DNA from: Mobula hypostoma
Lineage: Eukaryota
Direction: 5' to 3'
Length of the DNA stretch: 64,000 nucleotides
Assembly (NCBI RefSeq): GCF_963921235.1
Contig: NC_086097.1
Span: 152,646,001-152,710,000, forward strand
The notes under the pieces were generated by a model. The model saw only the letters and a list, made by a program, of their open reading frames with translations. It was not told the origin of the DNA and made no database searches. Positions 24,760 through 38,485 of this stretch are shown here, in pieces (positions within the stretch are counted from its first letter, which is position 1; the number at the start of each line of letters is the position of its first letter). The translations under genes were made by a program, and so were the position numbers.

Positions 24760-25572
24760 TAAATCAAATCCTTAGAAAGAAGTAACATAGGATTATAAGA
24801 AACTGCAAAAGTAAAAAGACCCAAATGGTAGTTATATATAGGCCTTTGAACAAGATATGGGATATAAATTACAATGGGAGACGGAAAAGGCACTTAAAAA
24901 GGGGAAAGTTACAATAGTCATGGGGAATTTCAATATGCAGGTTGATTGGGAAAATCAAGTTGGTGCTGGATCCCAAGGGGAGGAAATTGTAGAATACCTG
25001 CAAGGTGGCTTTTCAGAGCACCTTGTGGTCAAGCCCACTATGGTAAGGTAATTCTGGATTGGGTGTTGTGTAATGAACCAGATGTTATTAGGGAGCTTAA
25101 AGCAAAGGAACCCTTAGGAGGCAGTGATCATAATATGATAGAATTCACTCTGCAGTTTGAAGGGGAGAAGATAAAGTCAGATTACAGTTGAGTACAGGGA
25201 ACTACAGAGACACGAGAGAGGAGCTTGCCAAACAGTGAAGTCTGGAGTGCAAAAGCAAGGATGTTATGCTGAGGCTTTGTAAGGCATTTGGAGTATTGTA
25301 AGCAGTTTTGCTCATTGAATATTGATAGGCTTATCGAATATTGAAAAGCCTAGATAGAGTGGATGTGGAGAGGATGTTTCCTTCAGTGAGTGAGTCTGGG
25401 ATCAGAGGGCACATCCTCAGAATAGAGGATGTCCATTTAGAACAGAGATAAGAGGGAGTTTCTTGAGCTAGAGGGTGGTGAATCTGTGGAATTCATTATC
25501 ACAGATGGTTGTGGATGCCAAGTCATTGAGTATATTTAAAGAATATTTTACTAGGTTCTTGATTAGGCAGTG
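24760..25572 (+). mobile_element. degenerate, internally deleted CR1; its last part resumes at 29733-29870
   Basis: EN motifs IVMGNFNMQVDW and ILDWVLCNEP...LGGSDHNMIEF, then a 3'-end segment split by the younger CR1. Confidence 0.8.
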
Positions 25573-25913
25573 CAAAACGGCCAGTGAGTGAGTGAGTGGG
25601 CCAGTGAAGGAGTGGAGCTCTGAGGCTTTGACTTGAGAGATTCTGGCAGTTTTGGCAGTTGGACTGTGCAATCAAGTCAATCAAGATTTGAATAGCTCAG
25701 ACTCAGCAGAAAGCAGCTGATTGGGCAATCGAAGTCAGGTGACCAAACATTTTGAAAAGCTCAAACAAATAAATAGAGGAGTAGCTCAAGCGGAACGGCC
25801 TGTGGAAAGCGGCCAGTGAGTGAGTGGGCTAGTGAAGGAGTGGAACTTTGAGGCTTTGACTTGAGAGGCTTAGAAGAGGCGGAGGACGAGCTTGTTCCCA
25901 GTTAGTCTCTACA

Positions 25914-26823
25914 ATGACTCCTGAGATGGTGATGTGCCTCTCATGTGAGATGTAGCAGTCCTGGGGGAACTCCCCTCTCCCACAGAGTCACACCTGCCAG
26001 AAGTGCGTACGGCTGGGTGAACTGGAAGACCGTGTAAGGAATCTGGAGCAGCAGCTGGATGACCTTCGACTCATAAGGGAAAATGAGAGCTACAGGAAGG
26101 TAGTCGGAAGCAGGTCGTTAGGTGACAGTCAGAGGGGGGAAAGCGAAGGTGAGCAGACAGGTAGTGCAGAGCACCCCTGTAGCCATTCCCCTGAATAATA
26201 AGTTTACCATCCTGGATACTGTTAGCAGGGATGACCGACGAGGTGTGAGCCATGGTGGCAGGGCCTCCGGCACTAAGTCTGACCCTGTGGTGCGGAAGGG
26301 TAGGACAGAGAAGAGGAGAGCTGTTGTCATTGGAGACTCTATAGTCGGGAGCAGACAGGAGATTTTGTGGACGTGAGAAGGACACCCGCATGGTTTGTTG
26401 CCTCCCGGGTGCCAGGGTCTGGGATGTCTCTGACCGGGTGCACGACATCCTGGTACGAGAGGGAAAGCAACCAGAAGTTGTGATACATGTTGGTACCAAT
26501 ATGTTGGCAGGAAGAGGGATGAGGTCCTGAAGTGTGAGTTTCGGGAATTAGGCAGAAGGCTGAAGAACAGGACCTCAAGGGTGACGTTCTCAGGATTGCT
26601 GCCAGTGCTACGTGACAGTGATGGTAAGAATTGGAGGAGATGGCAGTTGAATGTGTGGCTGAGGAGTTGGTGCAGAGGGCCGGGTTTTAGATTTTTGCAC
26701 CATTGGGATCTCTTCTGGGGAAGGTGGGACCTGTACAGGTTGGATGGGTTGCACCTGAACTCGAGGGGGAGCAATATCCTTGCAGGTAGTTTTGCTAGCA
26801 TGGTTTAGGAGGGTTTAAACTAA
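25914..26823 (+). pseudogene. CR1 ORF1 (zinc finger, coiled coil, SGNH/GDSL esterase)
   Basis: CLSCEM...CQKCVRL, RRAVVIGDSIV, VVIHVGTN and DLYRLDGLHLN, with stops and frameshifts. Confidence 0.88.
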
Positions 26824-26959
26824 TTTGCAAGGGGGATGGGACCCAGAGCGATAGAGCAGTGAAAGAAGTGCATGGGGTAAAGCCAGATCTAACATACAGA
26901 GAGGCTTTGAGAAAAGAGAAACAGAATAAAGGGTGTAAAAGTAGTAAGGTAGAAGGGAT

Positions 26960-29620
26960 AAAGTGTGTGTACTGCAAGAAGCATCAGGAACAAAGGTGAT
27001 GAACTGAAAGCTTGGATACATGCATGGAATTATGATGTAGTGGCCATTACAAAAACTTAGCTGGCACCAGGGCAGGAATGGATTCTCAATATTCCTGGAT
27101 TTCAGTGCTTTAAAAGGAATGGGGGGGGGGGAGGGGAGGAGGGGTGGCATTACTGGATAGGGATACCATTAGAGCCACAGAAATGGTGGGTAATGTAGCA
27201 GAATCCTCTTTTGAGTCAATATGGGTGGAAGTCAGGAACAGGAAGGGAGCAGTTACTCTATTGGGAGTATTCTGTAGGCCCCCAGTAGCAGCAGAGATAC
27301 AGAGGAGCAGATTGGGAGGCAGATTTTGGAAAGGTGCAAAGATAACAGGGTTGTTATCATGGGTGACTTTAACTTCCCTAATATTGATTGGAACCTGATT
27401 AGTTCCAAGGGTTTAGACGTGGCAGAGTTTGTTAAGTGTGTCCAGGACGGATTCCTGTCACAGTATGTTGACAGGCCAACTAGGGGGAATGCCATACTAG
27501 ATCTAGTACTAGGTAATGAACCGAGTCACGTCACAGATCTCTCAGTGGGTGAGCATCTGGGGGACAGTGACCACTGCTCCCTAGTCTTTAACATTATCAT
27601 GGAAAAGACAGAATCAGAGAGGATAGGAATATTTTTAATTGGGGAAGGGCAAATTATGAGGCTATAAGGCAAGAACTTGCAGGTGTGAATTGGGATGATG
27701 TTTTTGCAAGGAAGTGTACTATGGACATGTGGTCGATGTTTAGGGACCTCTTGCATGGGTGACAAGTGAAGTGGAAAATCTAGTCAGGTGGAAGAAAGCA
27801 GCATACATGAGGTTTAGGAAGCAAGGATCAGATAGGTCTATTGAGAAATATAGGGTAGCAAGAAAGGAGCTTAAGAAGGGGCTGAAAAGAGCAAGAATGG
27901 GGCATGAGAAGGCTTTGGCGAGTAGGGTAAAGGAATACCCCAAGCATTCTTCAATTATGTGAAGAACAAAAGGATGACAAGAGTGAAGGTAGGACCAATT
28001 AGAGATAAAGGTGGGAAGATGTGCCTGGAAGCTGTGGAAGTGAGCGAGATCCTCAATGAATACTTCTCTTCGGTATTCACCAATGAGAGGGAACTTGATG
28101 ATGAGGACAATATGAGTGAGGTTGATGTTCTGGAGCATGTTGATATTAAGGGAGAGGAGGTGTTGGAGTTGTTAAAATACATTAGGACGGATAAGTCCCC
28201 GGGGCCTGACGGAATATTCCCCCGGGTGCTCCTGAGGTGAGGGAAGAGATTGCTGAGCCTCTGGCTAGGATCTTTATGTCCACTTTGTCCACGGGAATGG
28301 TACCAGAGGATTGGAGGGAGGTGAATTATGTCCCCTTGTTCAAAAAAGGTAGTAGGAATAGTCTGTGTAATTACAGACCAGTGAGCCTTATGTCTGTGGT
28401 GGGAAAGCTGTTGGAAAACATTCTTAAAGATAGAATATATGGGCATTTGGAGAATCATGGTCTGATCAGGGACAGTCAGCATGGCTTTGTGAAGGGCAGA
28501 TCGTGTCTAGCAAGCCTGATAGAATTCTTTGAGGAGGTGACCAGGCATATAGGTGAGGGTAGTGCAGTGGATGTGATCCATATGGATTTTAGTAAGGCAT
28601 TTGACAAGGTTCCACATGGTAGGCTTTTTCAGAAAGTCAGAAGGCATGGGATCTAGGGAAGTTTGGCCAGGTGGATTTAGAATTGGCTGGCCTGCAGAAG
28701 GCAAAGGGTCGTTGTGGAGGGAGTATATTCGGATTGGAGAGTTGTGACTAGTTGTGTCCCACAAGGATCGGTTCTGGGACCTCTACTTTTCATGATTTTT
28801 ATTAACGACTTGGATGTGGGGGTAGAAGGGTGGGTTGGAAAGTTTGCAGATGACAAAGGTTGGTGTTGTAGATAGTGTAGAGGATTGTCGAAGATTGCAG
28901 AGAGACATTGATAGGATGCAGAAGAGGGCTGAGGAGTGGCAGATGGAGTTCAACCCAGAGAATTGTGAGGTGGTACACTTTGGAAGAACAAACTCCAAGG
29001 CAGACTACAAAGTAAATGGCAGGATACTTGATAGTGTGGAGGAGCAGAGAGATCTGGGGGTACAGGTCCTCAGATCCCTGAAAGTTGCCTCACAGGTAGA
29101 TAGGGTAGTTAAGAAAGCTTATGGGGTGTTAGCTTTCATAAGTCGAGGGATAGAGTTTAAGAGTTATGGGGTAATGATGCAACTCTATAAAACGCTGGTT
29201 AGGCCACACTTGGAGTACTGTGTCCAGTGCTGGTCGCCTCACTATAGGAAGGATGTGGAAGCATTGGAATGGGTACAGAGGAGATTTACCAGGATGCTGC
29301 CTGGTTTAGAGAGTATGGAATATGACCAAAGATTAAGGGAGCTAGGGCTTTACTCTTTGGAGAAGGAGGATGAGAGGAGACATGATAGTGGTATACAAGA
29401 TATTAAGAAGAATAGATAGAGTGGATAGCCAGTGCCTCTTCCCCAGGGCACCACTGCTCAGTACAAGAGGACATGGCTTTAAGGTAAGGGGTGGGAAGTT
29501 CAAGGGAGATATTAGATGAAGGTTTTTTACTCGGAGTGGTTGGTGCGTGAAATGCACTGCCTGAGTCAGTGGTGGAGGCAGATACACCAGTGAAATTTAA
29601 GAGACTACTAGACAGGTATA
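26960..29620 (+). pseudogene. CR1 ORF2 (AP endonuclease plus reverse transcriptase)
   Basis: [68 protein letters not shown] and LVRPHLEYC. Confidence 0.92.
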
Positions 29621-31549
29621 TGGAGGAATTTAAGGTGGGGGGTTATATAGGAGGCAGGGTTTTGGGGTCAACACAACATTGTGGGCCAAAGGGCCTGTAC
29701 TGTGCTGTACTATTCTATGTTCTATGTTCTATCAAAGGTTATGGAGAGAAGACAGGAAAATGAGGCTGAGAGCATTAATAAATCAGCCATGATAAAATGG
29801 CACAGAGAATTTAAAGGCACTGAATGGCCTAATTCTGATCCTGTGTGTTATAGTCTGATGGTCTTATCCTGTTTAACGGCGATTGATTGGCAGAGTAGCT
29901 TGAATATGTACAAAAGTTATAAAGAAGTGATAATTTATAAAATTTATAAATGTTTTCCAATTTTTTGCAGTATGATCTTGATATTCTGAAGTACCATAGG
30001 CAATCAAATTCTGCTAAAACCATTTCTGTCTAATTATTTACTCATCCTTAATTGCAAACATCACTGGGGTAAAGACACCATAGAAATCACTTTTACATGA
30101 AAGTAGAGAGGAAAGGAGTTGAACACATTCAGCATAGATGTGTGATTACCTCGTAATTATGGTATTGTCCAGATGTGACACATGAGTATGATTTCTCAGA
30201 AGAAATGGCATTCAATGGCTTGAATTTAAATCTTGGCACAGCACATCATGAAAATAGAATTCAATAAATCTGGGAAATATGGGACAAAACCAATTGCTTC
30301 ACTAATATTCATCAAATATGTTAGCTGTGATCCCACACAGTTTGAGTTTAAAGTGACTCCAGCCCCAAAATACAAAGATGACCGTTTTTTTCCTCAAAGC
30401 AAATGGGAAATGGAAATTAAAAAAATATTTTCCTCTGTTGGAAAGATAGTAAGAATCAATTACAAAAACATGACTGATCAGTTACTCTCAAAAGCTCTCT
30501 ACCTTACACTTCGAAGAGACTTCTGAGTGTTTAAGTGTCTGATATTCTCAGAAATGTCTACAGTCAAATCTTCTTGTGTATAGTAAAGTTGTACAGGACA
30601 AAGCTGTCTGCAGAAGGCGTCAACAAGACAGAGCAAAGCCTCTCTGGATCAATCAGCTCAACAAAAGTGCCCTTTAGGACTTTGCTGAACCTCCTAATGA
30701 TCACTCTGGTGCATATCGTTACTTGTTACAACAGCCTTTCACTGCTGCTCCTCTGAGAAGCTTTAGCAATTTTCCTTACCATGTACACCAAAATAAAAAG
30801 CCTTGAAATTCTAACTTTAGCTGTGTGTCCAATGTGGCTTAAATGTTAATTATAAACAGAGAAGTCAAGTAAAACCATTGCGTGCTGCAGTCATATACTG
30901 TTTCAGAAACAATCTGGAGGGAACAGGAACAAAAGAAAATATGTTATACAACACATGCAGAGATGCAGTTTGCAGGCATAATTAGCATATCCTATATTTA
31001 TTTCCTTATTTACCTTTTTTCTTGCCACTGATTTCTCCATCTTCTGCTTTTGCTGCTGATTTTAAAAGGTGCTTCCTTCTAAATTTTTAAAGAACTCAAG
31101 CCACGTATTAATATTTAGTTGATAAAATAGTTTATTAGAAAGAGAAAATGGGTGCGTTCATGAATAATCACAAAAGTGATTTTTTTTTAGAAACACAACT
31201 CATTCTTTCAGATAGTGTATTCTATTGGAAGAAACAAGAGTTACCATTTCTGAGCTAAGCAAATTCAGTAAATTAATGTGCATTGAAGCATTCAGGGCCC
31301 TATTGAGTTCATATTATAATAAATGATACCATTAATGATTGTACCACTATACTACCATAAAATACTGTCAGGAATATTATTAAAAATGTTCACTAATATA
31401 GTGGATGAATTTCATATTACTCATATGAATTTCATATTATGGCATGTTTTTCACCATAGCTTAAGGACTGAAGTGGACTCTGTCAATTATCCAGTGTTAA
31501 ATTATGCCAAGGAGTGCAGCCCTCAGTTATGTGTCAACCCTATCTCAAC

Positions 31550-32145
31550 CCTAGCCACCCATTTGAATTCTACTTCCTGTTCCCATTCTGACATGTCAGT
31601 CCATGGCTTCCTCTACTGCCGAGATGAGGCCACACTCAGGTTGGAGGAGGAACACCTTATATTCCGTCTTATAGCAGGTAGCCTCCAACCTGGCATGAAC
31701 ATCTATTTCTCAAACTTCCAATAATTGCGTGCCCCCCCCCAACTCCTTCACCATTCCTTATTTCCATTTCCTTCTCTCACCTTATCTCCTTACTTGCCCA
31801 TCACTTCCATCTGGTGCACCTTCCCCTTCTCTTTCTTCCATGGCCTCCTGTCCACTCCTATCAGATTTCCCCTTCTCCAGCCCTTTATCTCTTTCACTAG
31901 TTAACTTCACAGCTCCTTACTTCACCACTCTCCCTCTCCTAGTTTCACCTATCACCTTGTACTTCCCCTCCCCACCTTCTTACTCTGACCTCTCATCTCT
32001 TTTTCCAGTCCTGATGAAGAGATTTTCTCGGAAATGTTGACTGTTTACTCTTTTCCATAGATACTGCCCGGCTTGCTGAGTTCCTCCAGCATCTTGTGTG
32101 TATTACTTTGATTTCCAGCATTTGTAGATTTTCCCTTGTTTGTGT
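31550..32145 (+). mobile_element. degenerate Penelope 3' fragment with hammerhead tail
   Basis: ATHLNSTSCSHSDMSVHGFLYCRDEATLRLEEEHLIFRL, with ctgatga...gaaa at 32011-32034. Confidence 0.85.
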
Positions 32146-32149
32146 TTCA

Positions 32150-32350
32150 GCTTTACTGCTGAGTCAGAACTTTGTGGGTTAAAGTTGCACTCGAGAGGTT
32201 TGAGGATATCAGTCTAGGCTTCTGCTTTGGCATTGTACTGATAGGAATGAGACAATAAACAAAGATCCTATCCTCTGTCACTGGTGTATTTCAAAGATCC
32301 CATGGCACTATTTTGTAAACGAGCAGGGAACTTATCTCTGGACTCCTGGA
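32150..32350 (+). mobile_element. Deu-domain SINE remnant (DeuSINE/SacSINE-like)
   Basis: aaagatcccatggcactattttgtaaacgagcagggaacttatctctggactcctgg resembles the conserved Deu domain, recognised from memory. Confidence 0.6.
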
Positions 32351-33649
32351 TAAAGACAACAGACAAATTATATATATTTGTCTTCCATTTTACAGGCAAC
32401 TGTCACCTAGTAACTGCTGACATTTGCTGCTGCACCTTACTGTTCCAAATGCAGTGGTCAGCAGATGGTTGCTGTTTTGCAGATTGCTCTCCAGTGCCGG
32501 ATAATGCATGTACATAGGGCTTCTCTTCTAAATTTTCACCCATATTCAACTTTTTATCTCTTTGATATTTGTAGGGACACATTATAACAGTAGCAGCACT
32601 ATAAGCATTCCGTCATTAGCTGCAAAGCACTTCAGAACATCCTGATGTTGTGAAGGTTATTATTACTGTTTTCTCATTTACACATGCTTGTTTAAAACAA
32701 CTTCCTCAGCCCTCTCGTGGAATTGATTCTATTAATTGCACTCTCTGAATGCTACAATTCTCGGCTTTGTCACTAGCTATTTGAAATAATGTTTCTGAAC
32801 TTTCACCAAAGCTCTGATCAGCCCTTTATCAATTGATCATCCCGTCATCAAAATATTATTTAACTTCTGCCTTGAGTGTTTGGGGAATGGGTTGGGATTC
32901 TCCAAAGACAGTGAGGTACTGAGGCCATACTGTGTGGCTGGAAATGAGTTGCATTGATAAGAAATTAACTGATGCTCCACATGACTTAAAATATCCCATG
33001 TCAAAGTGAAGGCAAGGAACTTTCTGGTCATATTTAAACCTTAAACAGCAGCAGCAAATGAATTAATACTCACAACATGATGAAGTGCTTTGGCCCAAAA
33101 CTTCGACTGTTTATCCCCCTCAATTGATGCAACCTGACTTGCCGAGTTCCTTCAGAATTTTGCGTGAATTTTTCTAGCATTTGCAAAATCTCTTGTGTTT
33201 ATGATTTGCTGCACCAAATTAATTATCTGGTTGTGAGTATATTGCTGCTAATGGGGCTTGCAGTGCAATAAAATGGTTATCATAATGGTAATACTTTATG
33301 AAGAACTTCATTTGCTGTGGGTACTTTGAGATATCCTGAAGTTGTGCAAGTCACAACAGGAAAACCTGAATTTATCTATCTTCTAAAGGCAGGTTGCTGC
33401 TACTGAAGTAGCTGCAGAGACACCAGAGTCTTTTTGTGTTGCAAGCATAAAAAATAACATTTATCAGCAGATCACCCTCAAATAAATGTGCTGTCCTCAG
33501 CAGAGTATTAAAGCATTTTTTGTGGCTAAAGGGATCAGGGGGTATGGAGGGAAGGCTGGATGATCAGCCATGATCATACTGAATGGCGGTGCAGGTTCAA
33601 AGGGCCGAATGGCCTACTCCTGCACCTATTTTCTATGTTTTTGTGTTTT

Positions 33650-34290
33650 TAATCAAAACTATAGAAGTTTATTTACAACACATAGAAACAAGAGAATCAA
33701 TACTTACAAGACAGTAATTACACTCAAATTACTCTATGGTTACTACCGTCTATAAAACAGTCTATACCGCAGGGGAATCACAATTCAGGGAAATCCCCCG
33801 ATGACCTTGTCGCAACTGTGTGCTCCCTCTGTAAGGACAGCTGGGCACACACGTATTCTCGGAAATAGGCAAGCAGTTGAACCGAGCAGCACCCTCCACC
33901 TCTCGCCGTCTAGACCCATGGATGGCCCAGGACCAAGCCCACCAGGAGATCCTCCTCATGCCCCATCCCTTTCCGCACTGGGTGCCCGTAGATGAGTAGC
34001 GCCGGACTAAAGTGCAGCCAGAATCTCAGTTGCAGCTCTCTGAGAATTCCAAAGAGGGGCTGCAACCTCTCGCATTCCGTGCATGTGTGGTACACTGACT
34101 CCTTCCACCCACAGAATCTACTGTTGGATGGGGTATCAGTGAACCAGTTCAGGAATATGTTATACACGACTGCCCGATCAACACCTTCTACCCCAGATCC
34201 CCAATGTGCAGGGGAAGCACCCCTCCGTAAAGAGACTTCCACTGGGGACCTCCGCCACTACCAAATAGTAGCATGGAGCACCAAGATGTG
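33650..34290 (-). mobile_element. Tx1/L1-clade LINE 3' fragment (zf-RVT region)
   Basis: FCGWKESVYHTCTECERLQPLFGILRELQLRFWLHFSPALLIYGHP. Confidence 0.8.
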
Positions 34291-34653
34291 TCCAGTTGGC
34301 AGAGTAAAGCAATAAGTATGCTTAATTGTCAAAGGTTAACCTCCAGTTAAGTACATCACACTGCCTCTCATAGAACCTAGATTGGTACAATACAACATGG
34401 ACTATTTGGTCCACGATGTTGTGCCACCCTTTCAGCATACGCTACAACCAACCTAAACTTTCCCTCCAACACAGCCCAGAGTCCTCTACTTCCCTTTTGT
34501 CTACGTCCCTATCTAAGGTGTCTTTTAAGTGTCCCTTATTTATCAGCCTCTATCACCATCCTCAGCAGTGCATTCCAGGCACCTACCTCTGACATCTCCG
34601 CTAAACTTTCCTCCACTCATTTTAAAAATATCCACTGGTATTAGCCATTGTCA

Positions 34654-37370
34654 CATAGAAACATAGAAAACCTACTGCACAATACAAGCCCTTCGGCCCA
34701 CAAAGTTGTGCCGAACATGTCCCTACCTTAGAAATTACTAGGGTTTCCCATAGCCCTCTATTTCTCATAGCTCCATGTACCTATCCAAAAGTCTCTTAAA
34801 TGACCCTATCGTATCTGGCTCCACCAGCCCATTCCACGCACTCACCACTCTCTGAGTAAAAAACTTACCCCTGACATCTCCTCTGTACCTACTCCCCAGC
34901 ACCTTAAACCTGTGCCCTCTGTGGAAGCCATTTCAGCCCTGGGAAAAAGCCTCTGACTATCCACACGATCAATGCCTCACATCATCTTATACACCTCTAT
35001 CAGGTCACCTCTCATCCTCCGTCGCTCCATGGAGAAAAGGCCGAGTTCACTCAACCTGTTTTCATAAGCCATGCTCCCCAATCCAGGCAACATCCTTGTA
35101 AATCTCCTCTGCACCCTTTTATGGTTGCCACATCCTTCCTGTAGTGAGGTGACCAGAGCTGAGTACAGTACTCCAAGTGGGGTCTGACCAGGGTCCTATA
35201 GAGCTGCAACATTACCTCTTGGCTCCTAAAATCAGTTCCATGATTGATGAAGGCCAATACACTGTATGCCTCTTAACCACACAGTCAACCTGCACAGCTG
35301 CTTTGAGTGTCCTATGGACCCAGACCCCAAGATCCCTCTGATCCTCCACACTGCCAAGAGTCTTACCATTAATACTATATCCTGCTATCATATTTGACCT
35401 ACCAAAATGAACCACTTCACACTTATTTGTGTTGAACTCCATCTGCCACTTCTCAGCCCAATTTTGCATCCTATCAAAGTTCTGCTGCAACCTCTGACAG
35501 CCCTCTACACTATCCACAACACCCCTAACCTTTGTGTCATCAGCAAACTTACTAGCCCATCCCTCCACTTCCTCATCCAGGTCATTTATAACAATCATGA
35601 AAAGTTAGGGTCCCAGAACAGATCCCTGAGGCACACCACTGGTCACCGACCTCCACGCAGAATATGACCTGCCTACCACCACACTTTGCCTTCTGTGGGC
35701 AAGCCAGTTCTGGATCCACAAAGCAATGTCCCCTTGGATCCCATACCTCCTTACTTTTCCAATAAACCTGGCATGGGTACCTTATTAAATGCCTTGCTGA
35801 AATCCATATACACTACATCTACTGCTCTTCCTTCATCAATGTGTTTAGTCACATCCTCAAAAAATTTGATCAGGCTCACAAGGCACAACACGCTCTTGAC
35901 AAAGCCATGCTGACTATTCCTAATCATATTACACCTCTCCAAATGTTCATAAATCCTGCCTCTCAGGATCTTCTCCATCAAATTACCAACCACTGAAGAA
36001 AGACGCACTGGACTATAATTTCCTGGCTATCTCTACTCCTTTTCTTGAATAAGGGAACAATATCCATAACCCTCCAATCCTCTGGAACCTGTCCCATCCC
36101 ATTGATGATGCAAAGATCATTGCCAGAGGCTCAGCAATCTCCTCCCTCGCCTCCCACAGTAGCCTGGGGTACACCTCATCCAGTCCCAGCGACTTACCCA
36201 ACTTCATGCTTTCCAAAAGCTCCAGCACATCCTCTTTCTTAATATCTACATGCTCAAGCTTTTCGGTCCGCTGCAAGTCATCACTACAATCACCAAGATC
36301 CTTTTCCATAATGAATACTGAAGTATTCAAAAAGTACCTCTGCTATTTTCTCCCGTTCCCTACACACTTTCCCACTGTCACACTTGATAGCTCCTATTCT
36401 TTCACGTCTTATCCTTTTGCTCTTCATATTCTTGTAGAATGCCTTGGGGTTTTCCTTAATTCTGCCCACCAAGGCTTTCTCATGGCCCCTTCTGACTCTT
36501 CTAATTTTCTTTTTAAGCTTCCTGTTATAATCTTCTAGATCTCTAATATTACCTAGCTCTCTGAACCTTTCATGAGCTTTTTTTTTCTTCTTGACTATAT
36601 TTACTACAGACTTTGTACACCACGGTTCCTGTACCCTACCATAACTTCCCTGTCTCATTGGAACGTACCTATGCAGAACTCCACACAAATATCCCCTGAA
36701 CATTTGCCACATTTCTTCCGTACCTTTCCCTGAGAACATTTGTTCCCAGTTTAAGCTTCCAAGTTCCCACCTGATAGCTTCATAATTCCCCTTACTCCAA
36801 TTAAACACTTTCTAACTTGTCTGTTCCTATCTCTCACCAATAATACTGTAAAAGAGATAGAATTACGATCACTTTCTTTATTAATCTCTTTATTGATTTA
36901 AAAAAGCTTAAATACAATCAAGAGGAGAATTAGTTCAAATGTATATCAGTAACAATATAAACCAAGATTAAGGTAGACATTGTCAAAATCATAGATATTG
37001 TTAAACTAGTATAAAATATATAATGAATAAAATGAAAATAACAATTCTCTTAACAGTTTGTGAAGGAAAAAAACATTGGGTTTTAAATGAAAACAAAAAA
37101 AAAAAACTACACTATATATAAAAAAAACAAAAAAAGGAACTGGGCAGTCAGAATTATGATCATTATCTCCAAAATGCTCTCCCACTGAGAGATCTGACAC
37201 TTGACCAGGTTCATTTCCCAATACCAAATCAAATAACAGTCTCTCCTCTTGTGGGCTTATATACATATTGTGTCAAGAAACCTTCCTAAACACACCTAAC
37301 AAACTCGGCCCCATCTAATCCCTTTGCTCTAGGGAGATGCCAATTGACATTTGGGAAATTAAAGTTTCAC
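34654..37370 (-). mobile_element. CR1 LINE ORF2 (5'-truncated), inserted in an older CR1 3' end (34372-34653 plus 37371-38560)
   Basis: ORF pieces with DLVLGNEPGQV, SQHGFVK, DFSKAFNKV, KFADDTKV and LVRPHLEYC. The tail (catagaaa)n is at 34654-34670. Confidence 0.92.
36872..37149 (-). mobile_element. short LINE (L1-like) 3'UTR fragment nested in CR1
   Basis: AT-rich block flanked by a 13-bp TSD agaattaYgatca at 36859-36871 and 37150-37162. Confidence 0.7.
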
Positions 37371-37638
37371 CATGGGAAAAAGGCACTGGATGTCCACTAA
37401 AAGCATCTTATCATCTTGTGCACCTCTATCAAGTCATCCCTCATCCTTCTTTGCTCCAAAGAGAAAAACCCTAGCTTGTTCAGCCATTCATTGTAGGTCA
37501 TACTCACTGATCCAGGCAGCATCCTTTGCAACATCTCTAAAGCTTTCAGATCCTTCCTATAATTAGGCAACCGTAACTGAGCCCAATACTCAAAGTGCGG
37601 TTTAAACAGAGTTTTCTAGAGCTGCAATATTACCTCTT

Positions 37639-38485
37639 ACAACACACTGGAGGAACTCAGCAGGTCGGGCAGCATCCGTGGAAAAGATCGGTCGATGTTT
37701 CGGGCCGGAACCCTTCGTCAGGACTGAAGAGGGAAGGGGCAGAGGCCCTATAAAGAAGGTGGGGGGAGGGCGGGAAGGAGAAGGCTGGTAGGTTCCAGGT
37801 GAAAAACCAGTAAGGGGAAAGTTAAAGAGGTGGGGGAGGGGAAGCAGGGAGGTGATAGGCAGGAAAGGTGAAGAAGGAATAGGGGAAAACACAATGGGTA
37901 GTAGAAGGAGGCGGAACCATGAGGGAGGTGATAGGCATCTGGGGGAGGGGCAGAGTGAGATAGGGATAGGGGAAGGGAGGGGGAGGGAATTACTGGAAGT
38001 TGGAGAATTCTATGTTCATACCAAGGGGCTGGAGACTACCTAGACGGTATATGAGGTGTTGCTCCTCCAACCTGAGTTTAGCCTCATCATGGCAGTAGAG
38101 GAGGCCATGTATGGATCCCTATTTCACTCTGCCCCCTTCCCCAGCTGCCTCTCACTTTCCTCATGGTTCCGCCTTCTTCTACTACCCATCGTGTTTTCCC
38201 CTATTCCTTCTTCACCTTTCTTGCCTTTCACCTCCCTGCTTCCCCTCCCCTACCCCTTTATCTTTCCCTTTACTGGTTTTTCACCTGGAACCTACCAGCC
38301 TTCTCCTTCCCACCCTCCCCCCACCTTCTTTATAGGGCCTCTGCTCCTTCCCTTTACAGTCTTGACGAAGGGTTCTGGCCCAAGCGTTGACTGATCGTTT
38401 TCACGGATGCTGCCCGACCTGCTGAGTTCCTCCAGCATGTTGTGAGCGTTGCTTTGACCCCAGCATCTGCAGAGTATTTTGTGTT
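37639..38485. mobile_element. Penelope-like inverted (palindromic) insertion, second subfamily
   Basis: Minus arm 37639-38112 and plus arm about 38115-38485, each with a hammerhead. 13-bp TSD aaYattacctctt at 37626-37638 and 38486-38498. Confidence 0.92.

Larger units (their letters stand above)
25573..29732 (+). mobile_element. near full-length CR1 LINE (5'UTR, ORF1, ORF2, 3' tail), mildly decayed
   Basis: Duplicated 5'UTR block, ORF1 with zinc finger and SGNH esterase, ORF2 with EN and RT, and a (ttctatg)n tail ending near 29732. Confidence 0.93.

Noticed and set aside
30233..30756. 97-aa and 73-aa ORFs in unique sequence
   Set aside because: No recognisable domain, non-ATG starts and no supporting splice structure.
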